Shown here piece after piece: positions 1-12,200 of a stretch of DNA of 33,000 bases (positions within the stretch are counted from its first letter, which is position 1; each line of letters starts with the position of its first letter). Made by a program: the position numbers and the translations under genes. The notes under the pieces were generated by a model, which was not told the DNA's origin, ran no database searches, and saw only the letters and a program-made list of their open reading frames with translations. This stretch comes from Botryllus schlosseri (taxonomy: Eukaryota): contig CM119383.1 of the NCBI GenBank assembly GCA_051294905.1, positions 13,144,001 to 13,177,000 of the forward strand, read 5' to 3'.

Positions 1-178
1 TATCTGAATGATGCAATACTACAAACCAAATGGTTATCCTAGAGTGAAAAACGATGATATCAAGTAATTATATTGAATGTTTAACATAGCGAATTGTGGA
101 TAATTTTATATATAATACTGGTAGCAAATGTGTTAATAGGAAGCTTAATCAGGTCAAATGTAACATGAGATAGCTTAC

Positions 179-297
179 CTCAGTCAATTCAAATCCTGCA
201 GCGCAGCCACACGAATACGAGCCATAGTTATTCCGGCACCGCATCATGCATCCACCATTTTCTGTTTGACATTCGTCAACGTCGTTACAGACGAAAT
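179..297 (-). CDS. Exon: cbEGF ([40 protein letters not shown])
   Basis: Acceptor TTCAG, donor GTAAGC, phase 1->0; canonical calcium-binding EGF spacing; too short for the ORF track. Confidence 0.9.
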
Positions 298-3200
298 CTG
301 AACACAACCAATACACAATTATGCAGCATGTGGTAAGTACATGCTTGGTTTCTTGAAGCTAATATCTCCAATTTGTAACGAATATCAAAATGAAATACAA
401 TCAACGTTTACTGAAATTGGTGACATGGTTTTAGAAAATGCAAACTTGGGCAGTTTCATTCTCAATAATTGAAGCAGGGATGGCCCGTAAAAATATTGTT
501 TTACATGCGCAGGATGCAAAGAAACTCATGTATATATATAATATTTGGTCAGTCTGACACTTGATTACTGATTATGAGCTGTGTGAACAATCCTTTCTGC
601 AGCCTACCTCCGTCGCTTTGATAGATCTTCCGAAATCCAATCTGGCACAGGCATAGATAACTGCCGAAAGTATTGTTGCAATAACTTTTGAACTGCTTAC
701 AAAGCAACGGGTTTGACTCGCATTCATCCACATCTAAACTCAACGCATATTAATTTCAGCGAGAGTGATGTATGCAAGGAGTAAAAATCACCTTCGCATT
801 GAATACCATCTTCGGCTAGCACTTGTCCCACGGGGCATGTGCATTTGGGTGATCCGTTTACAACAATGCAATTGTATGGACATTGTGGCGGATCGGCAAA
901 GTCTCTGCATAAAGGTTGGTCACATTGCATTCCGTCGCCAGCCATGTTGTCAGGGCACGATCCGCATGTGAAAGAATGTCCAGACGAAATACACGACACA
1001 TCTATGGGATATGAAGTACAATTTGTAAAAAAATTTGCAATAGATTTTGTATATTACATATGAAAAAAACAGCTGCATACTCACTACCATTACAATTAAG
1101 GCTTGGCAAAATTTAGTACCTAGCTTATTCCATTCCAAGTCAAGTACCACCTATTATAGAGTCATATCAGATATAATGACTTGGAAAGTTCAAGTATGTA
1201 TCTTTCTCACGGCCACAAAAAAGTAATCCTCATTATATATCACCAAAATAATCTTGTAAATCTTGACCGTGAGTATTTCCTTTCTGCCACGACTTACAGG
1301 AAGTAAACGTTTAAGAAAGATATGGCCTCAACTGCAGCTAATCTATGGAACGTAGGCTATAAACTAATAGAAAAACGACGGCAATGTCCAAATTTTAACT
1401 GGTTGTCATTTACCTGGATAGCACGGATTCATGCTACAGGGATCAAGGAGACCGTCGCACCATTGACCACATTGCCAATCATCGCAAGCACAAGAAGCTA
1501 TCTTCAACCAGCTATAATCCTTTGCTAGTTCCGCGCCTGTCTTGTAAACGGAAGTAGCCTGTACAAGTTTGGTCAAATCGGATGTCACATGCAGGTATTT
1601 GTACCAATGTCGAGCAAACTCACCTCGTCAAATACACATTGGCTGTAATTCATGCAGAAACAGGCAATCACATCCACTGTCCTTGACGTTACTGCAAGAT
1701 ATAAAATTGTGCAAGTTTTTAAAATAATATCATATCAATCAATGTATCAATATTGATATATATCAATCAGGGTTGTAACCAAGTCACAAGGCTCCGAGTC
1801 ACAAGTCAATTTCACTTTTATAATTTTGACTCGAGTCAAGTCGAGTCATTTTCAACTCACCACCGAGTCAAGTCCGAGTCCAAGTCATCGATTAGAGGGT
1901 CGAGTCCGAGTCATGGTATTATGACTCGAGTCGAGTCCAAGTCAATACGTTGACTGCTCAGTTCCCAGCTAAAATCTTGTTAAACTCACTTTTTATAACT
2001 CTGTTTGGTGATTTTGAATGGTTCGTATTTATAATATAGTAATTTTCCACATTTTCAGCAGGTTCTGATCGCAATCTCACGTGCTAGTACCAATAAACGA
2101 AATCCCAATAGGGTGGTTACTTCACTATTCTTCGAAATTACGATAAAATATCGGTCTTATCCGTCTGCGTCTCGAGTCATATGACTTGGTTCGAGTCATG
2201 CGCAATGACTCGAGTCCAAGTCGAGTCAATACACAGATTGACTCGAGTCGAGTCGAGTCATTTCTGTATTTTGAGAAAATGACTCGAGTCAAGTCGAGTC
2301 ATCAGAAAATCGTGACTCGACTCTGACTCGAGTCGAGTCATGACTCGAGTCATTACAACCCTGATATCAATATAATATCAAGAAATATGTGATTGGTACC
2401 TCGGTCAGCATAGCTTCTCGTTACATTTCCAAGACTTCGTGGAACACATCATTCTCATCATCATCATTATTATGCATGATAACATGAAATAGACTGTTTA
2501 GAGTCAAGTGTACCTGTTTGATGCTGGTGTGATCAGACTAGATGACCTTCACGGTCTTATCGATCATTCCTATCTAATACCGAATACTGTGCAAGCATAT
2601 TTTCTGTACCACCATCACTGCCGTGTGTTATGTAATTTGGTTGGATGAAAATGAAGACTCTCTCTCTCTCTCACTCTCTCTCTCTAAGGGATCAGGATTT
2701 ACTCGCAAATGCAGCAATTGAGTATGAGTGCTCATTTTTATTGATGAATTTGAATTAAATATGAAATCAAAGTAATTAATAAAATCTTATGATAATATGT
2801 GTCACGATTTTTAGGCGAAATGGCAATACAGGCTGTTGCTTTTCAGTTTGAACATAGCTGCTAATACACGCCTTGTTGATTCCTGAGCTTCTTCACACAG
2901 ACGATGTAGTCATAGGTATCTAAGGTTTTGATATGCAGTGGGAAATATGTTATTATACTTAAACTCTATGCTTTCACATCCAAACCTATTCTTATTGATC
3001 TCCCAACAATTACATGAATCATATACAGTACATTCATGATTTTCAGTCTTTGTTGATTGACAGCTTAGAGTAGGCGGTTGCTTTTTTGCAACAAAATCTG
3101 TTTTGCCGATGCTCCAGCAAATTCTTACAAACAGTGGGGTTACAGGCATCGGGCATTTTGATACATTACGGGAAATTAGCGTTTTACAAGACATCTATGT

Positions 3201-6200
3201 CCAAACTGACAATATCGTAGCCGGAAAAATATTTTTGAATTCATCCCGCCAGTAGCAATAACCAACCTGGAGATCCAGTTCCATTTTCTTTCATACTCAA
3301 CAGAAACCGATTTTTTAGATATGCAGGAAGAGATGAAGACTGTAGTTGTAAGGGTAGGCCGCATTCCGAGCTTGGCAGAATGAAATCAGGATCGGTCGCG
3401 TTCACTCGTAGAATGTAGCTAAGTTTCTGTTGGATGTAATTTACACGGGCATCATCCGTCAGTGACAAGTCCGCGCTTCCTTCATCAAGCACCATTTTTT
3501 GAAACGTAGCGACAAAGACCTGAATAGAAACAATGTCAGCAAATTGGTTTCTTTTCGTCATACTAGCACGATAGACTCCACTTATTTCAACTTCAATGTA
3601 CACCGTTTTAAGGGCATCAAGAACAACACCGACGGCATGCATTTGAAGTAGTGAATAATCTTTTTTCACTAAACATTATTTGGACATGTTGTGATCCTAT
3701 TCACGCCTTTAACTTTTCATTAGCAACCAACGTTGTAGACTAGGTCTGATCAAAAATCACATTTTTCGAATTTTACTGGCTACTTGATAAAATTGTTAGG
3801 TGGCCTAAAAAAACGTTGCACAAGAAATTTCGCTCATTTCCAATCTGTTGAAGCGAAGTTGGGAATACATTTGAATATTATGTAGATGTTTATTACCTGA
3901 AGCATTTCTGGGATGAAACTTGGCAGAGGTGACAAATATGAATATTAGGGCTCTTCAAAAATGACTTTTTTTCTCAAATCCTACTGGCTACTCGATAAAA
4001 TTGTTAGGTTACCTTATTTAAGCCTACACACAAAATTTGGTTCAATTCCAGCCAGTAACCGCTTTGCTACAGGAGAAGAAAGTTTCTATTTATTGTATAA
4101 AAATAAATAACAAAAAATTTGAGAATTTTCTGTTCACCCCATGAAAGTGTTGGGCTGTCTATAGAAACGATGCTCACCAAATTTGGTTCAATTCCCACCA
4201 GTGGAAGCGGAGTTATGGCCGTCGGAAAATTTGGATTTGAATAAAATAGTATTTACGGTGAGCACAACTATAATAAATAAACAAAGAATCGGTCACCGTA
4301 AATACTATTTTATTCAAATCCGAAAACTTGCCATATTAGCACGATGGAAATTATCTTATCCTGCCTGATATATTATGCTGTACTTTACTTTGCTATACCT
4401 GTGATTGGCATGACAGTCTTCCTTCTTGACCATGATACAACATCAGATTTCCGTCGCAAATAATTTCACTAGGTAGGGTCCCCGGCGTCAACCCTGTTCT
4501 ACTTGACCGAAGCAAATCGTTCTTGAACGAGTCCATCAGACTTTCATTGGCAGCTCGCAAAGACTGCTGAATGCATATTTCGTACGTGTGGATATCCGCG
4601 AATCCATTGCAGTCTTCTGCATCAAACGTAGCATCGTCGGAGGCCTGGTAAAGATACATAAGATTTAGTACGTAGTTCAAAATCTATTTGAGTAAGTTTG
4701 GTGAAGTGCATTAAATGAAGTAATTCAATACATTATATATTTAATTGCAATTTCATTCTTATGCTCAACATTGAAAATCTGGCAAGTACTGGTCCGTAAC
4801 CACAATAATTTCAAATGCATCCATCAGATAATAATACAAGAGAATAATCTGAAGTGAAAAATCTTCAGGTGACGTCACATTGTAACAGAACAGTGTTTCT
4901 CAAACTTTTTCTGATCAAGTACCGCTAATTTGGTTTTTACTACTCTGTTAATCACCTGGCTCATGAATGACTTACTGTATTAAAATGTACCAGTATTTAT
5001 CAGTCACAGGCGTTATATTAGTACTACACCATAACAGCAATGAATAGAAAGAAAACATAGTTCAATGTGATAGATGCCAATGTTTCTTATGCAAAAGCTT
5101 GTCTATTCAGGGTACAATGTTAAAACATATCCTACATACTATACCATTTCAACAGTTGCTTGATTTTCTGTATTGAAAATGGAATTATTCAACAGTTGCA
5201 CAGCTGCAGTAATTCTTATATTGTGTAGTTACATTGGTTTTAGCTACTGCAAAGGACAGTAAATTCTAAAATCCCCAAAAAACCGCCAAACTATTCACAC
5301 ATCACTGCTAAAGCTGCCGTGTAAACTCTTTCCTTTATCATGGTACTTTTCACATATCTCTCACTTTCATGTATTAATAGTCAGATTCTCAACTGTTCCT
5401 CAAATGGCACACGTTGTTGCCTCAATTTCCAAATCACTTACACAACAAAAGCATATTCTGTTAGAAGGTATTTGCACGATTTCCACTTGTCTATAGGAGA
5501 TGCTTTATCAACCTAACCATTTACTTATAATGAAAATAATCAATTAGTGTACGCTCCCATAGCCATTTGATTAGGGCTAGGATCTTAACTAAATTAATAT
5601 TGCTTACCTGTAAGTTGGTGCCAAGACAAGAATAGTAGTGAATGTTGTTCATAAAAATGTCATTACTGTCGACGAGTTGATTAGTGGTTACAAATTGAAA
5701 GCTCCAAGACTTCACGAATTCCCAACCGATCTCGTCTGTGGCAGGGACCCAGAGACCACGGGAATTTATTCTGCCGGGAAGCTCCACGTTACTGGATGTC
5801 ACAAAGTCGTTGGAAGAGATGCTGTCGAAGTTTCCTGACGAAAGATCAAATCACTTGAAACATACAGCTGATGGAGCCGAGCTTGATCTTATGGATATGA
5901 AATGGACATTTTCAGCCCGTGGGGTAAATACGGCGCAGAACATGAATATGACCGGCCCGTGGTTTGGAGTTTGGGGAATGAAATAAAATTTAATTGTGAA
6001 TGCCGCTACTAAAACCATAGTAGTATAAACTAAACTGAGAAGGCCTTTACTTTGAATCCTGTTTTTATAAAATGTTATGTTGGCTGACGCATAAAGCAGT
6101 ATGTCCCGAGATTAATTAGAACATGCGCATCACGCCCAGAGAAAAGCTTGTGTTTGATTCATCCCTTGAAAATTGAATCAACAGGCAACGGCCATAAATT

Positions 6201-9200
6201 CTTCCATTGGCAAGCATTTAATGGATAATTCTAGTAGTTAAACTAAGTTATACAGGATGTAGATTTCACGTCGTCATGAGGTCATTTATTCTTTCATTTG
6301 TGTGCTTGAGAGTCGATTTTTATCAAGCTACACCAACTTAGTTTGTGACGACATAAGAACTATGAGTATAATCTAAAGATACTACACTGAGCTTATACCA
6401 TTTTCCGCCTCAATTATTCGAATTTTTATGCCCCAATTTGCATTTCACACCATAATTCGTGATGACATGACATGACCTACAATACACAGTATTAACACGC
6501 CCACTTAGCAACCTGTGTATAAAATGTGATTCACTGCTTTCAATTCAGAAATAAAATAGTTTGAAACGTTGACACGGCATATCACAATATTTTTTGATTC
6601 TCATTTGGCCCCCACGCTATAGAACATCAAAACGAGATATTGAAATTACATGTAGTGCTAGTAGTATATTTTCTTCCTACACTTCATGCACCAGTTCAGT
6701 CTCCCTCTTACAACTTATATATCACGATTCCAGATAGATTCCTACCCCACAAATATATGGCTTTATTTTTTGGCGGTCATAATCTATTCTCCTTAATTTT
6801 GAGTCGTCCTCACCCATTAGGCCACTTGTTTTTCCTTTCAATGTAATCGGAACGTGGCCAGTGTGTGAGATCGAATTTTCCACGGCCCGAACGGAAAATT
6901 GCACGCGTTCCGAGAATATCAAGCTCACTGCTTCGCACAGGTAGTGGTCATCTTCGTCAATCTGCAAATCTGAAATTGGTAAAAATATTTCCACTTTTGC
7001 TAGCAATTGTCAAGGACTGCACTCGGGCCTCTGCCAGATGAAATTAGATAAATAACCATTGATTGCAAACTCAAAGAGAACAAGGAGCAGGTAATATTAC
7101 CATTTGCAGGATTTCTTGTAAGGCTACAGGTGAAAATGGACATACAAAACTGGAAAACAAAGGTTTTCAAGCGCACCAGCTAATCGAAAGACATAACTAT
7201 ATGAGTATGATAGGGAAAGCATATATTTCAGGATGGTTCAGACAAGTTCGCAATGCCCGGTAAAATGCCCAAACATAATTTTCCTGTGTATATTCCAAAT
7301 CGAAACAGAATTAGAGATAAACAACACTCAGATATGGTCAAAATAGTCAACGTGGAAGGAGAAAATTAAACGTCAGAAAAGTAAGAAGTCAAAAATGAGA
7401 TTTGGTCTTGGACTCGCATAATTCAAGCAGTTGAGAGGTTGCTACATTTAAAAAGTTCATGATAAATCCCCGCGGCCAATGCAAAATGACCAATGATAAT
7501 GCACATAAATACAATGATTAAAATCATGTTCAGATACCGTAATACAGAGGCTATTTCATGAAGACGATTTCACTAATAAAGTGATGCAAACCTATCACTA
7601 AAATACTTTAAAACACTCGACTAAGTAGTGATAGTAGAAAAACCTACTGAGTATTGGAACTAGTCAAAACACTTTATTACTGATTATACCAGTAACCATT
7701 TCTGACAATACTTCATTGATTAAAATTAAAAATGACTTGCTGAATGCTGAATAGAATGGATAATAGCATCCAATAACTAAGAAACAAGTTGCATTATAAC
7801 CTTCATATTCAATAAATGTGTCCATCCCAACTATAGTGCCCGTGCCCGTCTCAGTGCCCAACAGAGCCTCAGGTGTTGAAGCCGTCACATGTAGTTTCCC
7901 CTCAAAAGTATTCATCTCCAACAGGAAAACCTTATCTATAACTTTGAAGCCCATCGCCGTGATTACGTTGATCATTGCGCCGTTGAATTCGACACAATCG
8001 ACAACGCATTGAACCAATAGGTGATTCGTTTGGAAGAGGATGTATTGTCCTGGCTTATCGATGTTGAAAATCGCTCCGTCTAACGTTAGAAAGGTTGGAT
8101 CGCCGCCGCCGTACGTGAATGCAGCAGGCTTATACAAAGAATAACCTGTGAATAGACATTGGAAACTTTAACATTAAGATGAGGCTCACTATAAAGTACA
8201 TACTGAGCTCGTTAGCAACAAAGAAAATCAGATGGATTCAAGTTTTGTAAGTGGCTTTCCTAGATAAGTGCTGATTTTCAGTTTAAATGATGGAGGTAAT
8301 ACTTCACAAATTCCGGTAATCTGGATGAATTGGCATTTGCGAGTGTAATGAACACAAGTATTTGGCACTGCGTCCGTTTTAAATTGCCATTTATGTTGCT
8401 AATGAAGATTTTACTTGATTTGAAATTAATTTTCCCATGGACTATAAAGTAAATGCAATTCGAGAAGGAAGAAAGTAAATACTAGCGGGAGTCAACTATT
8501 TCAGTAATGTCAGAACCGTATTTTCGTCAACACCAGTTCTGTATTTTATTGACTTGAACAGAACGGTACGGCAGTCTTTTGACGGTACAGACCATACCAG
8601 GGTTGTAATCAAGTCACAAGGCTCCGAGTCACAAGTCAATCTCACTTTTATAGTTTTGACTCAAGTCAAGTCGAGTCATTTTCAATTCACCACCGACTCA
8701 AGTCCGAGTCCAAGTCACTGAGAAGAGGGTTGAGTCCGAGTCATGGTATTATGACTCGAGTCGAGTCCAAGTCATTGTGTTGACTGACCAGTTTTCAGTT
8801 GAAGTCTGCCTAAATCAATTTTTATAACTCTGCTTGGTGATATCTGTTATGTTCGTGCATTTACGTTCAGTGTTGTTCAACTCCTAATTTCTATAGGACA
8901 AGTAATTACCGCCAATCATTATTTGCTCGAGTGTCGTGCTTCGTATTTATACCCTGTGTTCCATTGTCTAATGGTCTTTCGTTTGAATGCACTTTGGATT
9001 GTATCGCCTGTCGTGAGTTGTTCTGCTGATAATATACCAACTTCGTATTGCAACCTCGTCGTATGAGTCATTGTTCAAACAAGATCAAGAACATAACAAT
9101 ATCGAATGGTTCACATTTATAATGTATCAATTTTCCTCATTTTTGGCAGTTTCCGGTCGCACTTTCAAGTACCAGTACCAATAGACGAAATCCCAATAGT

Positions 9201-12200
9201 GTGGTTACTTTAGTATTCGTCGAAATTACAATGAAATGTCGGTCTTGAGTCTCGCGTCAGATGACTTGGTTCGAGTCATGCGCAATGACTCGAGTCAAGT
9301 CGAGTCATCATAAAATCGTGACTCGAGTCATTCCAACCCTGGACCATACAAACATTGAGAATTTTTGCCAAAATTAATTTTCTATCTGAAGAATATGGCA
9401 TTGCATAGCCTACTGTAGATATGAAAAAGCGTTGACATGGACGAAATGAAATTGTGTTCGCTTTTCATGGAAATTTGATCTTAAACGCGGGATAAAAATA
9501 AATTCACTGACAGTATTATTGAAATGTCAATCAAGGGTAATGCTCTTTTTAACTGGAAACACTGATGGGTGAATATTGGTAGAAAACGAGTCCTGGCAAA
9601 TCATAATCAGACAACTTACCTGACATAGGTCTCTTCTCAGTGTAGAGCGAGCATAAATTTTCGTTGGTCTTCTTTAGACCGAGGAGGCAGCAGTGCATTT
9701 GGGGAAGGGCTTCTCTCTTCATAAATTCGTCCGAAGATTTATCGCTGTGTCTAAAAGTGGATTTCAATACTTGAGAAGCAATAATATTCAATCCATCTAA
9801 AGTGGATACGAAGCAAGTAGTAAGTAGAGGAGCGTCAAAATGGAGAGAATGTGAGGTGCAGTGATCATGATAACTGGCTTGCTCAATGAAATGACGAAAT
9901 GAAAAGCTAGCCTACAAATTGGGAAACATTTTCAATAATCAATTTCCGATTTCTTACTGATGGAAATGCGTGTCAATGTTATCTATGACGGAATGACTTG
10001 CAAGCTAGACAGCGGACCTCTAAACGAAATATGTATGCATGATTGATTGAATAGCAGGAAAGAAACGAAACAAGCAGATACCCTGCTAATCTTAAACTGT
10101 TAGATTTTACAACGGAACCTTTCGAGTATCTCATACCCTAATAATTCCAAAAAATTATTATTGCAGCTTTTGGTAAAATTAAGTTTTTTAAAAGTTCTTA
10201 CGATCTTAGTGCAACAAAAATTTGCCCTACTAATGAGACTATGATTAGATGCAATATCCAAACTCATTTTAAATCACTGTGACACGGGCAATATTTAGCG
10301 CTGTTGTTATGACAGTTTCACTCACTGATGCAAACGCATGCCAAACCTACTTTATACTTATATTAAATTCAAAGTGTGAAACATCAGTAGGTACGCCAAA
10401 ATATTTGTTAAGTAGAAGTGGAAGATGTCTAAAAATATATCCACTTGGGAAAGCAGTACAAGAGAGAAAAAAAACTTGAGTAGTCCATAAAATAGCAGTA
10501 TTGCAATATTGACTAATGACCACTTCTAGAAACAAACAGTAACAAAATATATTGAAATGAAATGAATATCGCCTCAGCCACGGGATACTCTGATTCAAAT
10601 TCAAAGTTTGTCTTTGCACCACAAAACTGTCCGTTACCTTCTAGAAAATCCTGTCATATACCATTCGGAGAAACTTCGTATAATTCTTCTCTCTGGTAGT
10701 AAGTAGCAGCAGTCAACATTCCACCCATTGTCGGCAGACAGTTTCAATGTGTAGCACATCGTTTCAGATTCAATCCACTGAAGAAACAAGACCTGCCGAG
10801 GGACCTCAAGAGGAAATAACAAAAATAGCTACCTTGAGTATCATATCCACGTCCTCGTGACTTTTTGTATAGTTAGCGAAACTTTCATTATCAGTCCATT
10901 TATCGGTGACTCTCTGAAATACAAATGACCAAATCATAATAGCATTTTACAGCAGAAGAATCCAAGATTGTGTAATGTAAATTGAGTGCACAGATAATTT
11001 TACTTTTCATCCTACCGAATTACATCACAACATACAGCAATAGTGGTGGTACAAAAAGACGCATGTACAATATTCGGTATCAGATAGGAATGATCATCAA
11101 ACCTGGAAAGTTCAAACTAACTTTCACCCTTGATCTACAGACAATTCTGATTAATTCCAACCAAGCCTGCGCCTACAGAAGGAGTTTGTGTACCATCTAA
11201 AAATAGTACATTGAGATTAGGCGTTCTCTCCGCCGCGATTATTCAAAATTTCATGTAGGTGACATAACATTCCATGACACGATTGTTTATACACAATGTT
11301 CTTTTCAATTCTCTACTAGTTCCTAACGATTACCCTTGACGAGTGTCAGTCGGAAACATTTGGGTTAATTTCAATAGGAATATACTATTCAATTGGAAAT
11401 TTCATGTATGTTGAAGAATTTTTGCACATGAGACAGGAAACTATTTTGCAGCTGCATAATGCATGATCACCTATACACCAAATAAGGCTTATAGGCTTCC
11501 CAATTGAAGCTACGATTTTATGCCAGATTGGATTGGATTCGTTTATGTCAGGTTGAATACATATATATTAATTCAGATCATGTGGTGCGAGTCACATAAA
11601 CATCAAACCAACCCATAAAGCAGTGTTGAAAGAGAGATCTTCTTCTGTAGGAGGGCATATTTCACTGGTGGATTCGATATTCTCTGGTGGCGCTGGTTCT
11701 GAATAGTACCACCGCAAACAAATATCTGAAAACGGGAAAAGGATACCAAATGCTAATTAAATGAATATCATCAAAAATGAAAATACACTGGTGCAAGACC
11801 ATGGCAACAACATTGGTCAACCAAACTTAAAGTTTTGTAAAACTCTTCAATTACGTTATTTTTTATAGATGACTCATTGGAAAGTACTGCATGCAAAATA
11901 AAAATGGTTCTGTTCTAAAATGGAATTCAATGTAACATACCTTGTCCAGCGTTCGCTGCAACTTTGTAAATATCTGTATTTCCAAATAAAGTGTGAGGCA
12001 AAAATTCCTGTTTTACATCGCCGTCCACGGAAAGATCAGTAAACATGAATCTAAAAACAAATATTGTCAAAAAAGTATGTTCACAATCTCTTACTCGAAG
12101 ACGAACTTATAGAATATATTAAAAATATAGAAAATATAAACTTTGCTCGTAATTCAGTAGATTTACGTCATTGAGCTCGAGCGGTTATATCTTTGACTAC

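Noticed and set aside
950-1150. ORF with a possible acceptor (ATAG|GTGGTA) and donor (GTGAGT) in the 1002-1413 intron
   Set aside because: In the required phase 1 it hits TGA at once; the flanking exons join cleanly to give CYPDVSC.
1753-2363. Regularly spaced GAGTC/GACTCGAGTC repeats that look CRISPR-like, plus ORF 1753..1953
   Set aside because: No constant repeat with unique equal-length spacers and no cas genes; eukaryotic intron; explained by MITE subterminal arrays with TIR and TSD.
2910-3194. 94-aa minus-strand ORF, with an overlapping frame reading [11 protein letters not shown]
   Set aside because: No usable splice sites in phase and no complete EGF Cys pattern; treated as intron.
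4891-4930. Solo Charlie-like left terminus CAGTGTTTCTCAAACT
   Set aside because: No matching right end or TSD found; probably a real remnant but it cannot be delimited.
11101-11200. Apparent exon after TTTTTAG ([11 protein letters not shown]… / [10 protein letters not shown]…)
   Set aside because: Adjoins and overlaps the dispersed repeat shared with 2530-2685, and exons 11613 and 10913 already join in phase with correct AMOP continuity.
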